The notes below the pieces were generated by a model, which was not told where the DNA came from, made no database searches, and saw nothing but the letters and a program-made list of their open reading frames with translations. Shown here piece by piece: positions 14,659 to 29,459 of a DNA stretch of 64,000 nucleotides. Position 1 is the stretch's first letter. Each line of letters begins with the position of its first letter. The position numbers and the translations under genes were made by a program. Source of the DNA: Bugula neritina (taxonomy: Eukaryota; Animalia; Bryozoa); the NCBI GenBank assembly GCA_964035545.1, contig OZ037773.1, positions 8,027,751 to 8,091,750 on the forward strand, given 5' to 3'.

Positions 14659-17600
14659 ATGGATACAGTTGTTCAGCACTCAGGCTATGAGTTAAAGTTT
14701 ACAGACCTGTGTGTTAAGATAGACAAGAGAGAGATATTAAAAGATGTGTATGGTGTGGCTAAACCTGGGGAGATGGTAGCCATTATGGGCCCTTCTGGTA
14801 AATATTACTTTAAGTCTCTAATTTTAGTTGTGACTAGTATATGCTAAGGTGAGGGGTGATCGGTGATGGTGGTTTCTTGTTAATCTATACACCCCAGGTA
14901 TAAGCCTTAGATATATAGTTGTAGCCAATGCTTCTAAACCTGGAGTGACCTGGGGTGGGTGACCTTGAGAAAATTGGCAATATCAGTTACAGCTTATTTG
15001 GCAAAAACAATGTTTTTCAACATATTGTGGTAATCACGGCTTTTTTCATTCACTTTTAAAAAGGTCATAACAAAAATGCTAGTACCATAAAATATTGTCA
15101 ATATTTATGGTATTTTAGTTGTTAGAACTCTGACTTTAGATTTAGTGTAACTTACAATTTAGCTAACTGCTAGTTATTAGTAATAAAAAGCTAAAGTAGT
15201 TAATTAAAAGCTTTCGATATCAATGATAAAGCCACATATGTACAACATCATGAAAATATGCCTTTGATTTTTGCAAATAGTTCAAATTCAAATTTGCTGA
15301 AACTTGTAACCAACTCTACTCAGCGTCATGTTTTTAAAATTACGATTTTTTACTCCTTTTCTTTAATTCATCTCTTTTTCAACTGTTCATTTGCAATTCC
15401 ATCCACATGGGTTTTTGAAATGATATTTTTGAAAGGTTGGGAATTTCACCAAAACAGCTGTGGTTGATATTTTGACATTAACAACAACTACTGATGTAGC
15501 AGATATTTTGCTTCTCCAGGCAATATCAGTTACCAGGTACAATACAACAATCTCTTGATTGTTATCACCACTACTTGACTGCGAAGTGCTTTTGGTAAAA
15601 TTTGAACTTTATAGGAGTTGCTACAACTATAATTAAATTATTACTTTATCCTGTTTACTATTATGTTTGTTACTTAATATATATCATCATATACTTTGTG
15701 AGTAACATAAGGTCTTGTGGTAAATAAGTGTTTTCGGGAAATTCATCAAGCATTGTAGAATTTCTTTCTACAGCTTGAAAAGATTCAGTTCAATAACATT
15801 GATATATAAATTGAAAAGTTGACAGATATTTTGAGGAAATGTCATATCATGACATCTAAAATGATTGGCTTATAAGTCATGTAAAAATATAATTTGGAAA
15901 GTTTGACTTTCACTTGTAGATTAAAGTTCAGATGAGTTCAACAGACTTGAATGCGACAGCCCTTATTTGACTGCAAAATATTAAACTCAGTGGCATTTCT
16001 AGCTAAAGCTGACTTGATATTAAATTGTATGCAGAGTTAAAAGTGAAAATATCACTTGTAGCAATCTATAGATTTGGAGTTTTTTAATTTTATTTTAAAT
16101 TATAGAGAGCTTCTATACATGCCTGTTGACTCTAAATAATAAATGCAACATAAATTTAAAACTTTTTGCTTGGATTCTTCAGGTGCAGGAAAGACAACTC
16201 TAATCAACTGTTTAGCTGGAAGACGGCCTATAGAATCCGGTACTTTGACCTTGAATTCTAGACCTATAAACAAACAACTGAAAAGAAAAATTTCTTACGT
16301 ACTTCAGAATGATATATTCCTTGAAAATCTGACATGTTGGGAAACACTCTGGGTATTTATACTAAGTGTAAACCTAGGAAAAAATATAACTATAAAAAAG
16401 TAACTTGTAAGTAAGAAGTCTGATAATTTTCTGCAGTACACGGCTCTGCTGCGTCTCCCTGGGTCCATGTCGACATCAGAGAAGAAGGAAAGAGTTATGA
16501 ATATAGTTGATACTTTAGACATGAGAAAATGTCTGCATACAAGTAAGTATTCATGCCTAACAGGGGGCAGCTTTATAGAGCATAAGTATATATATGAAAT
16601 AGAGATTAGTGTGCAAATTCTTATGAAAATTTAAAATTTAAACTAACACGTAATTTAGACAAGGCAGTTCAAAATAAAAAACTTTACAAAAATGAAATTC
16701 TGCCAGTTAATGAATTCTCAGTTTTTTTCACATGAAGAAATTGGTGGAGGTCTAACAAGAGGGCTCTCTGGAGGGGAGAAAAAGAGAACAACTATAGCCT
16801 GTGAACTACTAACTAACCCTGCCCTCATGTTACTAGACGTAAGTATACCCACCCAATTACTATATATAACCTACAAAATTTTTAGGACTCAACAACCTAT
16901 AATCCATAAAATTTTCATTTATTCCAATTTGTACCTAGGGTTAGTTGTAAGCATACTCTACAGTAAAGAAATAGAAGTTCCATATTTTTGCACCCAGAAT
17001 TACTTTAACTTGGAGGTAAATTTGACACTTCTAGCTGTCAAAGGCCAGCCTAGCAATGCATCAATCATAGTGCACATCTCTTACACCTAATATTAATGCC
17101 ATGCTATAATACTTTCTTACCGGAATGCTCTATTGTCATATATAAAAACAAAGTAGTTCTAATGAAAATAAACTGTTTATTTTTCTTAACACAGTTAAGA
17201 GAATTGCTTTATTTGTGTAGCCACTCAGAAGCCCAACTGTGTGGTCAACAAAAATTTTTTCCCAAAATACTTTCTATGCTGGATGTCGGCTAACTTGGCA
17301 GCATATTTGTGACATTCTACAATCTTTGATGCCTTAACTGCATCAATTTAGGAGAAAGGCTGCAAACTGGCATTTTTTGCTTTTGTTCCAACCAAAGTCC
17401 AAAATGTCATTACCCTTTATTATAATTGATATTTCAATTATAATAAAAATATTTCATTGTGAAAGATACAACTGCAGTAATGTGCTGTATTGTGGACAGG
17501 AACTTTCAAGGGGTAGTATCTGCCAAAAAACTATTTTTTCAAAGCTAAAAATAAGATAGATAATCTCTAAACTATGATTTTGTTTTTTGCTCGATTTCCT

Positions 17601-20600
17601 GTTAGGTTGAACTGTGTAATAGAAGGTTGCATAAGCTGATAGCAGCATCAGTTGCATGATTTTTCGTGCAGCTAACTGTAGAAAAGCTGGAACTTTTCTT
17701 ATATATAACAGACTAAACTAAGGATTTTTTTTGCATATTTTCAATATTTATATTAAGTTTTAGATGGTTTTAATAAAATAACTTTAAATTAATCTGCATG
17801 CATGGATTTATAAAAAATGGTAATAGCCAGTAGTTGTATGCAAATTAGCTTCATATCGACTGGCAAACCTTATGTAGATTTATTTATAGAGAAATAATAC
17901 TATAATAAAACTCGAATCAAAGAACACCTGTGCACCGGTAATACTACAATTTTTTTATTTTTATGTAAAAATTTATTTAAAAAGTACATGAACCCTTTTT
18001 GCTTTTCAGGAACCAACCTCTGGTTTAGACTCATCAAATGCTTTTAGCCTGTGTACCATATTGAAAAAGTTTGCTAAGGACTCGGGCAAGACAGTGGTAG
18101 CATCTATACATCAACCTTCAAGTCAAATATTCAACATGTTTGACAAGCTATTACTACTCTGTGATGGTAAAGTGGCGTATTTTGGTGAAGTTAAAAGTTG
18201 TGCTCAACATTTCGCTTCTTTAGAGTTACCCTGCCCTGCTAACTACAACTTGGCTGATCATATCTGTAAGTATTGTTTTAATTAGAGCAGCTTTTACCTG
18301 ATCATAGTTACAGATTGCTTTTAGATTGTTGATCTGTCAGTTGTTATTAAACTCAGTTTCTCTGACTAGTTTAAAAAGAATAAATCAATATTGACACTAG
18401 CTGTTTAAATTATATATGCCAGACTGCAAAGCAGTTTCTTTCTGTTTCTACCAGTGGATCTTGTTAAAGTGTCTCCAGAAAAGCAGAAAGAGTTGACAAT
18501 GGCTGCTGAAAAACAAAAGTAAGTTTGTCGTCTATAGAAATTTATATTGCGTTTGTCTATCTTAGAGTCCCGCCTTTTAATAGAATAGAAATCAGGCTAC
18601 ACAGTTTCTTAGAAACGCCACAGAATTATCCTAATTATACTGATTTTCCAGGGAGTGAAAAATGAATTATCATGTTTGAAATTTCAAATCCCTCACAAAA
18701 TGACAGGTTGATTAAATTGTGAAGTTTACTTGTCAAGTTTCCTTAGTTTGCCTGTTGCAAGACGTTTGGTAAAGATAGAATAAATTCATCAAACCAGTGA
18801 CACAGGGGAAATTAATAGTTTATGAATATTTAACCTAAATCTCAAACCAATTTGCTATATATTAAATTAGAAACTGCAATTAAAGTAAAATATTTTATAC
18901 TTCCTCTGATAGGTTAAGAGAGAAAAAGCAGCCGATACTATAATAAATGATACCTATAATAAGTTATTCATAGAGATAATGCATGCATAGCTTTGCTTTT
19001 ATAGGAATCTTTGCTTATCTTGTTGAAATTATTCTTAAGTAAGCTTTTTGTGACGGCTTCAGTAAAATTCATCTGCCGATTCATTTATTTTGTAAACTTA
19101 CTAAGCTCATTTTTATTTTAAGGAAAAATAATTTCATTGAAATAAACAACTCTGAAAAAACCCCTAAAAAGATACTGGCAACACCAGCAGTGGGAAATGA
19201 TAACTTGGGTTATGTTATCAATGAATGTGGGGAGATAACTCTTAATGCTTTGAACTACAACAATAATATGATGACAACTCCTCAACAGAAAAAAAACAAT
19301 GAGAAATACTTCACACAGGAAAAAGCTTCAGGCTCCGCAGGTAGTGTTTTGGTGTAGCAAGGGAAGTTATTTCAGACTATTTTTTTAGTTTCAGCATGTC
19401 ATCTCTTAGACTTTGCAAAAGCTAGAGTTAATCAATGAATAGTGCTGTGTATATATTTTAAATAGTATGATATATTTATGAGTAAATAGTGTTGCAAATT
19501 TAGAGTTATAGAAACTGCAAGTTTATTTGGATTTAACCAACATTTTTATTAAATAATTAACCATGGTTTTGGTTTGCATTAATACTTTACTCTCTGCATA
19601 TTGAAACATCCTATTGTCTTTAATCATAGAACTGTGTTACATTTTAGCCTCAGCACCGTCACTGGACTGTGGGTGTGAGTCCAGATGGCCCGCATCCTTT
19701 TTCTTACAATTTTATGTTCTCTTCTTTAGGTGAGTTTATTCTTAGTCATCAATATAGTTTGGATTTGATGGTAAGTTAAGGGGAGATATTACGTTTTAGT
19801 CTGAGTTTTGTAATTGCAGGGCACAGAAAATTTATTGCACACAGTTTTAAAATTATGTTTGCAAGTATGTGAGTTATTGCTTATTATTTTCAATATTTTT
19901 GTCAGCATTTAATGTTAGATGAATTTAATTAATGTAGTTTACATGTGTATTTAAAATACCTATATAGCATACCACAGATAAATTAAGCTTCAGTTACATA
20001 CAATTATGTAATTAGTTTATAGGCAAATACTACACAGGTCGAGACGCGTAAACAGCCATCATGAAAACATTTGAATGTGCTTCCCTAATATGTAGTGCAA
20101 TTTTTACCAAAAATTTACTTTAATTGTAATTATACAAGAGAAGACAACATAATGCAAAGAAATGGAAGCTTCCTCACTCTGTGTTTTAGCTAAATAAACG
20201 AAAAAACAAACCTGTCAACTCACAACATAATGTACAGACCTGTCAACTCTATGTTTTGTTTCAGATCTTTAAAATACTCATACTCCAGACTAATACACAA
20301 ATGGGCCATGATTCAGATGGTGATATTCACAGCGTTTGCTAGTGCATTGTGGTACCAGGTGGAGGCAACTGAGAGTGAAATAACAAACCGGCAAGGGCTG
20401 GTAGGTTGATGTTATTATTTCTTTTAACCATTTATAAGGCTGATAATATTTCACATTAGTCAGGTCTTATTTCTGATTGAGAATCTGCTCCATAAAGCTG
20501 GTGTAAAGTGTTTTATATGGCTTATAGAGTTACACGTGGAGCAAACTCTTTCGCACATTTGTTGCTATATATTTGAAAAATGGTATACATGTATACCAAT

Positions 20601-23112
20601 AAACCAGGCTGTTTTTATACTAACATTTCATGTTATTTTTACAAGTTGCTAGACTTTCACATGTGGATACCCATGATTTATTACACAAATGCATTTTTTT
20701 ACATTGCAGACATTGTTAGTTTCAATATTTATATGTACATATATATGCTAATTGTGAAAATGAATTATGTTATGTAAGCAACAGATTGCATAAAATAATC
20801 TAACAGTTTTATTTTTAGATGTTTCTTGCAATTCTGAACTCTACATTTTCTGTCTATATGGACACTGTGTTATCAGGTAACACAATGAATCTAGCATAGC
20901 TAACTGTTAAAGTTAACATATTTAGCAGACTGCAATAATTTACTTAATTCAAAAATAAATCAATATTTGGAGAAAAATATTATCTACATCATGTATATAG
21001 TAATATTTTTTACAAAAACTTTTTATATATTTAAAATTTAATTTGCTTCAGCAAATTATTCTATTCCTCATATGTAAAAGATGTATACTATTTTACTGGA
21101 TTAATAATCTATGCTAATATACATAGTGATTAAAAAAATTCATTTATAAATAATAACATTATTTAAATGGAAGCTTTTAAGAGTTTCCAGGCTTCACTGT
21201 GCTACTTTAATAAAAATAAAATAAAAATAGCATTCATTAATAATAGCGGGTGTGAAATTCACACTATCTGTTAGCCATAGCTCTTTGATACAAGTGTTTA
21301 TATCTTATTGTTTTGACTGTAAATATTTCTAGTGATTGGGGAAAGAATGGTTGTGACGAAAGAGAGGCTGGCGGGATACTACCGACTTTCTGCGTACCTC
21401 CTCGCAAAGAACTGCAGTGATATCATTCTCCACCTGGCTCTATCTACCTTTTTCTTCACTCCTCTTTTTATATTCTCGGGCTTAAGCATTAATATTCTAG
21501 TCTATCTGAAGATGCTTGGACTGCTGTGTCTATCTTGCATGGTGAATCATGTAAGTGAGACTTCCTGTTTGATGTAGTTGAAAGCAGACGTCTGTATACT
21601 GATAGGTTTATATATGAAACTTTGATTCTAAGACTTCGAGATATAGTTTGGAACGCAGACTATTTCATGATAGATTGTAACTTGATGGCTTGAATTGTAC
21701 CGTGAAAACACAGTTATTGCTAACACAGATCCTGTAGTACAAGCAATAATTACAAACATTGGACACAACTCTCTAATCATTCACCTTTAGTGCGTGAACT
21801 TATAGCATATAAATGTTTATTAGACAATTTGAGTTTTGCTTTTTAAAATATGCTGAGGTAGAGTTTTTGCTTTAGTTTACAGTCATTTATATTTATTTGC
21901 AAATTAAAATATAAACCATATTTAATATTTTTGTAAGTTTTTAAAGGTTAAGAAATTTTAAATGTTAGACTTTTTGCAACACATACTATGCTTATTTCTC
22001 ATGCTAAACAAAAATATTCAATGTATTTGATTATTAGCTAACAGATATTCAACTTCTATGTTCTACTTATCTTTTTGAAATAAAAAAACTGCATTTCGTT
22101 ATACTGGGCGCAAGTTAACAACCAATACCGGTAATGCAGCAGTTACATGTGGTTACTCATTTAGTTTCTAACTAAAAAGTAAAGTCAGTTTGAGTGAGTA
22201 GTTTAGTATATTCCCCTAACGACAATCAGGGGGAAACAACTTTTATTTACTTAACCAAAATAACAAAATCTAAAACAGCCTATACAGTTTGTTTTTTGCA
22301 TAACTTATGTTATAGTAACAGTTCATTGTTGAATGAAGTGCTGGTTTGTGTTTTAGAGTTTGGGTGAACTGTTTGCGAATGTGTTCTTAGACTTGAACCC
22401 TGCGATGCTGGGTGGCTCCACGCTACTCATGGTTTACATGATAGCTGGTGGGTTTTACGTTAAAAATATTCCACTGTGGATGAAATGGTTGACTCATCTC
22501 TCTACACTGTTTCACTGCTTCTCCATTGTCACTATTATAGATCTGTCAAACTCTCAGTTTCTGTAAGTATACACTACTTCCTGTTTGAATAACTGCAAAC
22601 TACAGGAAGTTATGTTATCTCAACAATTTGTTAGATTAGATGTACTAACTTTTACCATTTTGAGTTGCTTCATTTATTTGAAAATGGTAAACGAACTACT
22701 CATTTCTTTGCATTATAGTTAATTTGAATGTTAAAGTACACACAAACAGGAAAGTATAATGTAGAAATATTATTGTTAATTGTGGGTTTACTGTGTGTTA
22801 ATGTGAATATGGTTTGTTTACAGTTGTAGTTCACCGAATAGCCTATATTTATCCTGCAGATTGAACCAATCAAATCTTTCTTTTACTAACCAATCAGCAC
22901 TCTCATTTGATAACCAGTCAGCCCTATCTTTTACTAACCAATCAGAGGTGGTTAACTATGTAGCCACAGAAGAACTTTTATCTCACAATACGCTGGATGC
23001 TGAGGGCTGGACAATATACCATCATATCTTTGTTTTGGTTGGCTATGTTGTGGTGCTTAAGCCAATCACGTATTTGCTTGTACGATTTGCTAGAAAACCA
23101 CATTTATCATAA
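14659..23112 (+). CDS. ABCG (white-like) half ABC transporter, copy 2; tandem paralogue, 13 coding exons
   Basis: Exons ~14659-14797, 16183-16352, 16437-16542, 16738-16838, 18010-18265, 18455-18518, 19123-19340, 19648-19729, 20265-20400, 20819-20876, 21333-21550, 22357-22562, 22824-23112. Same intron positions and phases as copy 1; motifs [44 protein letters not shown]. Confidence 0.93.
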
Positions 23113-24991
23113 CTACACAACAAATATTTTGAGTTATTTAAATTTTGTAGCTCCAGATTAGTGAAACTTTAATTTGAAAAAAAAACAAGGTGCAGCTTTT
23201 TTAAATATTGAAAATTAAACAGTTTTGTTTCTAAATTCAGGAAGTAATCATAAAGGCATCAAATAAAAGTTAAAAAAGCTAGGTTCATTTTTTAAGAACA
23301 AAACAGCGGACAGCAAGGTGAATTGTAGAAGAAAAGACTATATAAAAAAAAACAAATGATACTGTTATAGAAAATGCATTAGTACCTTTGGCATATATAC
23401 TTCAAATATTTGTAATCATTTGCTGTATATGCCATTTATCCATCGATTATCTTTAAAATACAAGTAATTCATCCTATCACAATGCAGATACTATGAGCTA
23501 ATTGGTTTACCCTATCACAGAACAGATATTATAAGGCATTATATTCTTCCTATCAAAAACAAGTTACCACATACTAACTATAATATTTTATTATTTTAAA
23601 ACTAAAAAAAATGACTTGCCACATTTTAAAAGACAATATATAGTTCATTAAAAATATATTTACAAAATAATATTTTCATTGCATAATATGATCATGTTAA
23701 ACTGCTACAATTTATATACAGTTTGTTATTGTGCAACTATTTAACAAATATACATATTGAATATATAATTTGCATATCATAATAAAAATATGTGTTTGAT
23801 TTAGTAATTTCAATTGAAATACTTTTTTTTGTTTTTAAAACATTATTTTGGGTAAAACCTACACTTCTTGTATATGTTACTTATTGATATGAAATGATCT
23901 TGTTTTACAAATAATTGCATTCACAATAAACAATCCGGTAGAAAGAATTTAAATTATAGTCTCTTATTTTCCTAACTGCCTGTAACAATATAGTATGGTG
24001 TACATGCTGCAGGCAATCTTAGTAATTTTCAGAAAAAGTGCCTAATTTATTCAGTAATTTAAAGTAAACTCAATGTAAAGAAAATCTTCTTTAAATTTAC
24101 AACAGCTATTGACCAAAACTAAAAAAATATTTTAAAATCTATAATATTATATAATATTATATATATCTTTAAGTACATTTGCTCATTATCTTGAACTATT
24201 TATTCTCAGATTATTTATTCATTCAAAGTATGCCTTAGAATCATTTATTGTTGTTAAAATGCAATTAATTAGGGGTGCAAAATATTAAAAGGCACAGAAA
24301 ACAATGACATCTAAATGTAGATAATTGCAACTTGCCTCACAAAAACCTCTATCTGTAATATACAAAAGCAATTTACCTGCAGTATTTACACTATCTTCAC
24401 TACCTTCTCATGTGGTGAACCAGATGGTCTAGTAAAGTCCAATCTTGTATATTTTTATGGCATGTTTTTGGCTTGTCAATAATTATGGCCTTCTTACCAC
24501 TAATTGCTTTATTATGCCAACATCCCAAATTCTATTGGTGGCTTTACAGCTGTTTGATCATGTTGACAAGAAGTTACTTCCCCTTTGTTTATGGAGTATG
24601 ATATGATTATAATAATACTTGGTGTTCTGCAATTAGACATATGATAAGTTGCTTCCTGTATTGAGATATGAGGTACTCTATGCAGCAAGTGTTCACTTAT
24701 ACCGAGCTTTTTGCAATTACACATGCAGTATGCTAATTAGTAGGAGGAGCCACTTCCAGGAGGCATGGCATGTGACACTCTCACAGGACGTGGAAACTGC
24801 TGTATTAATACTACTTGGTGTTCAGAATCTGTACACATTTCTACCATATTTTTTTCGATGTAGCTTAAATGCAGATCTGGAAGGTTTTTGTTAGCAGTGT
24901 CTTAAGTGTTCATTCAGAAAGGTTGTCTAAAGCAAGAACCAAAATATCACTTCTGCATTTTTGACAATCTGTACTGCAATCTACAATCTAA

Positions 24992-26520
24992 ATGGCTGTT
25001 TTGGATTTACAAGGAATCAGCACATGGACATTGTGCTCTTGTGTCCTCGGTAAGTGCTCAGCAACAACTTTGCTTAGAGTTTTGCAGGATCTAAAAAACC
25101 TGCTGATCATGCCCAATGTCATGCGTATATATCTGCATAACATTTCTGCAGTTTCAATGCATTATATTATATAATAACATTTAAAAATGGCATTATTTTA
25201 CTTTGTTTATTGTCACTTGTATTATACCAACAAAATTATTTGAAAATATTTATACTGTATCCAAAAAACCCGATCGTTAAAACTGCAATCAAATTTGTTT
25301 ACCTGTAGCACTAGTGTTAGGGCAAGCGATTCCATTCAACTTCCAAGACAGACCCTTTCAGTTAGAAACACCCAGGAACTATTTCTCAGCCACTTCCTCT
25401 TCGACCAAACGTCTGCAACTGGGCAGAGCTACGAGTCGTCTCCCTTCTTCTATCTCTCACCGACAATTGATCTCCAACAGACTTTCTCTCCGTAACCAAG
25501 TGACCTCCACCGTGAGGCTACCACCACCAACTACTGCTCGACCACCTGTCAAGTTTTACGTAAACTGCAAGTAAAACTGTTATTTGCTTTAAAGTTTCAA
25601 TGTGCTTCTTTATTTGTGAGTTCTTATAGCTAACATACTTCAGCTATATTTAATTTCTCAACTATTGAACAAAGCTACTACATGTTTAGATGTTAGGCTA
25701 TGGTCTCATTGGGGTGAATGGTCATCTTGCAATGTTCGCTGCGGGGGTGGTACACAAACCCGAAGAAGAAGGTGTGTAAGAAGTAGAATATATGGGCTAA
25801 GGCCAGGCCACACATCTCGAAGAATGTGTGGAGGAAAAAGACAAAAAAGACGAAGATGCAATACAAGATGCTGTCCAGGTAAGATTTCAACATTTCACAT
25901 ACAAAACAAAAAACTTGTTTTTGAAGAAAATCTTTTTTAGCTTTTGGTGATGGCAGCTTATTAAGTTATTGTGCCAAACGTTCAAGAAAACATTTCATTA
26001 GAAACTTTCTTTTATAAAAAATGTTTGTTAGCCTTAAACTTATAAGTAAAATTTTCACAAAGAAAAAGTATTTTAGCATATCTAATACTTTTTGCTGTAC
26101 ATTTATACAAGAAGAAGCTTCCTAGATATAAGTTAAAACTCAGAGTGACTGTAGCTACACTCAATAGCACCTGTAGCCTGCTTGCTTGCATGTTTCTTGC
26201 TAGGAGAGTTTGTAACCTTGAGCCAGTATGTTCTCTCTTACTAGTGGGTGAGAAGTTGAATATAATATATTCTAGTTCTCACGTATTCTCACACAATTAT
26301 ATTATAATTGTATATAAATACAGCATATTTACACCTACTTTACTCACAGTGAGGGGGAAATGGGGAGAATGGAACAGCTGGCAAAGTCTCACTTTCAACA
26401 TGACTCATCAGCTGCGAAGAAGAGAGTGTCATCACCCGCCACAATCAACATCAGCGTGTCAAGGTCGTGTCAGAAGCCTCAGGTGCCCGGGAGAGTTTAC
26501 TCAAGTTCGACAAATAACAG
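24992..26520 (+). CDS. Secreted thrombospondin type-1 repeat (TSR) protein; 3' end unresolved
   Basis: Exons 24992-25049 + 25309-~25570 give a signal peptide (MAVLDLQGISTWTLCSCVLALVLGQA) and an S/T/R/P-rich linker. Exon ~25697-25878 encodes WSHWGEWSSCNVRCGGGTQTRRRRC...CNTRCCP; exon 26350-26520 encodes a second, degenerate TSR (VRGKWGEWNSW...RRREC...C). The last exon was not identified with certainty. Confidence 0.8.
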
Positions 26521-28407
26521 GTAAGGTTCAATATTGTATAAATGTTGAATTTTGCTAGCTTTCTGTATTATAAGTATAGTGTGTTTAGGACAAGAGCTCA
26601 TAGTCTAAAAGCAAGAACATGTGCACTGACTGTTGTTTTAAATAGAACTAATTACAAAGCATATTATTCATTACTTGGTTTATTGTATGCAGAATTAATA
26701 ATTGTGGAATTGAAACACTCGCCAAACCAATTATTATTTTAATTAAAAATTGCACTAGATATCAGGGAAGCGCCAGTACTTTAATTAGAATATACCAACA
26801 CTTTGTAAAAATCAATTCAGCAGACATTTATCAGTCTTCCTGTTTTCTTTTGTAATTATTTTATAACACCAGAGAATCTGATTATACTGAGGCAAGAGCT
26901 ACCTCTCTATACTATACGTTTTGCCTATCTCCAAGCCACTCTAATAATATGATTATTATAATGTAAGGCTTTTTTATAAAATTTGGCAATTTCTACTTGA
27001 CGCAATATGAAGTTGGCATATGGGATATGAAGTTGAATTATCAATAGAAAGCATATAATAATTAACATATACAGGCAATTATAATATGCAAATCAACTAG
27101 GCTTTGCTTATTATCATTCAAAATTTTTTATTTGAAGTGGTGATATATTAAGGAAGTGAACCAGGACACAGTGTGTTAGTGAATAGAGAGATACAGCTAA
27201 ACAATGGATCATTAACTAAGAAAGCCAAGAATGCCTGATAAATATGCAGTCAATCATTTCATTCTATCAATTAATTGAATTGATTGCATTTGTGTATCAA
27301 TGCAGAATTCACAGTACAATATTGACTTCTTTTTAATTAGAGGTCTTTTTTTCAATTAAATTAATCAACACAATAAATATTTCAAAGCTTTGTATTCAGG
27401 GTAGCACAACTCAACATGCAAACATTTAAGAAAGCACCAGTTAAATAGAAGAGTAATGTTAAAGTAAGAGAATGCAGCAAAATACTTTTACTTATTTATA
27501 TTTCAAAACATGCAAAAACTAATATATTCACAATATCGCTAAGATTCTAATATGTATTATATATAAATATATATATATGCAACAATATATCTTTTTGCTC
27601 CTTACTATATTTGTCACCAAAACAATCTACAGTTCACGCAAAAAAAAAGATTTTAATTACATAGTAAAACTACTAGTAGGACAATCAAATCAAATGCTTC
27701 TTTTATACTGTATAAATGTAATAACACAAACACAGGCCTATATAATTTGTATTAGTAAATTTTACAGATCTACTTTGAAGGAGTTAACCGCTATAGTTGT
27801 TCGAAAAAGAGAGAGCGGCACCTGGTGTGCTTTTGGAGTAACTATTGCAGTAGCATGCTAAAGTCAGCAACTGAAAACGTTTATTCTTGAGCCGTCTATC
27901 CACGTGTCGTCAGGAACAAGATATATACTACAAACACAATATGTTCTGCCAACCAGCATTGTTATTATGTTTGTTATTAGATATACTTACATCAACCAGC
28001 TAATACTATATATCACTTTTAAGTTATTGTATCAATAAATTTGGCTAAACCACATTATTCAATATGTCAAACATGTGGAAATAAATACTTTGTTGGTGAA
28101 TTTAGCTGACAGTATAACTATTTTGTTACAAGGACAGCAGAAAATGCCTTATTCCAACTCTCATTTGTTAGGAATAAAATTCTTTGAAGCTGCACAGCTA
28201 TGCATGACTGAAGCTGCATAGTGATGCATGACTGCTTGCAGTGTGAAAAGTAGCTGGAAAAAAGATGTAATAAATGATGAATTTAACACTCCACAGAAGC
28301 CATGAACCGGCATAGCTAAATTTCTTAGAATGCCGAAAAGCTAAAACGTAGCCATGGAGCATTGTATACAATCTTATTACTACTCATAGCTAAGCACTAA
28401 GCTTCAG

Positions 28408-28593
28408 ATCTTATACTTACTCTCACACAAGTTTATAATCACTACCTCTGTGAGAAAGGCTAAGGACTTATTTAAATGAGGCACAGGAGCAAATATAACT
28501 GGATGCTTTTCCTAACATCACCAATGGCCTTTGTCTGGGCTTGGACCTACAACCTCGTGTTGACTAGGCTAACTCCTAGACCACGGCTACTTC
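28408..28593 (-). mobile_element. tRNA-derived SINE with 11-bp target-site duplication
   Basis: Flanking direct repeat CTAAGCTTCAG at 28397-28407 and 28594-28604. The minus strand begins GAAGTAGCCGTGGTCTAGG (A-box-like) ... GGTCCAAGCCC (B-box-like). The body contains TTGGTGATGTTAGGAAAAGCATCCAG, similar to a motif I recall from RTE-related SINEs. Confidence 0.7.
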
Positions 28594-28619
28594 CTAAGCT
28601 TCAGCTCCCATACATCTCT

Positions 28620-28720
<101 letters not shown>

Positions 28721-28749
28721 GAATTGAAATGACACAGTTAAAATTGATA

Positions 28750-28811
28750 AAACATTTTATTACTAATAGTTTCATGTATGTTAAAATATACACTCTTCAG
28801 ATAAAATGTTT
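28750..28811 (-). ncRNA. Minimal type I hammerhead ribozyme (identical inverted copy)
   Basis: Exact reverse complement of 29168-29229, inside the inverted pLTR. Confidence 0.86.
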
Positions 28812-28903
28812 AAATCTACTAAAGGATATATTACATGGTACTATTTAAGTAGTAAAAAGCTGAAAAGCTGGCGGATTAATGATATTTAAAAGAAGGCTGG
28901 TGC

Positions 28904-29050
28904 AATAAAAACTCCCCCCTCTGCCACATATGTCTATGGGAGAAATATTTTATAGTATACAAACCAACATACGCTTCATTAAACACCAGAAGTGATTTTA
29001 TTTCTACATGTAGACATGCAAGGGCATTTGTTTTAGAAAGCGTTACATGA
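28904..29050 (+). pseudogene. 3' fragment of Penelope-like element ORF (GIY-YIG endonuclease C-terminus)
   Basis: 48 open codons ending in TGA, with CHICLWEKYFI...LNTRSDFISTCRH; no start codon, truncated at the inverted pLTR. Confidence 0.8.
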
Positions 29051-29167
29051 GCATTCTATAATCCATACAATATGCTTACCAGCCTTCTTTTAAATATCAT
29101 TAATCCGCCAGCTTTTCAGCTTTTTACTACTTAAATAGTACCATGTAATATATCCTTTAGTAGATTT

Positions 29168-29229
29168 AAACATTTTATCTGAAGAGTGTATATTTTAACA
29201 TACATGAAACTATTAGTAATAAAATGTTT
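29168..29229 (+). ncRNA. Minimal type I hammerhead ribozyme
   Basis: Stem I AAACATTTTAT (29168-29178) / ATAAAATGTTT (29219-29229); core CUGAAGA (29179-29185); stem II GTGTAT/ATACAT with 8-nt loop; GAAAC (29206-29210); tiny stem III; GUA cleavage triplet 29216-29218. Confidence 0.88.
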
Positions 29230-29321
29230 TATCAATTTTAACTGTGTCATTTCAATTCTATTTTATGATATGCTCTGTTTTAAACATTGAGCTCTTTTAA
29301 GCAGCGCACTATATCTCACAG

Positions 29322-29459
<138 letters not shown>

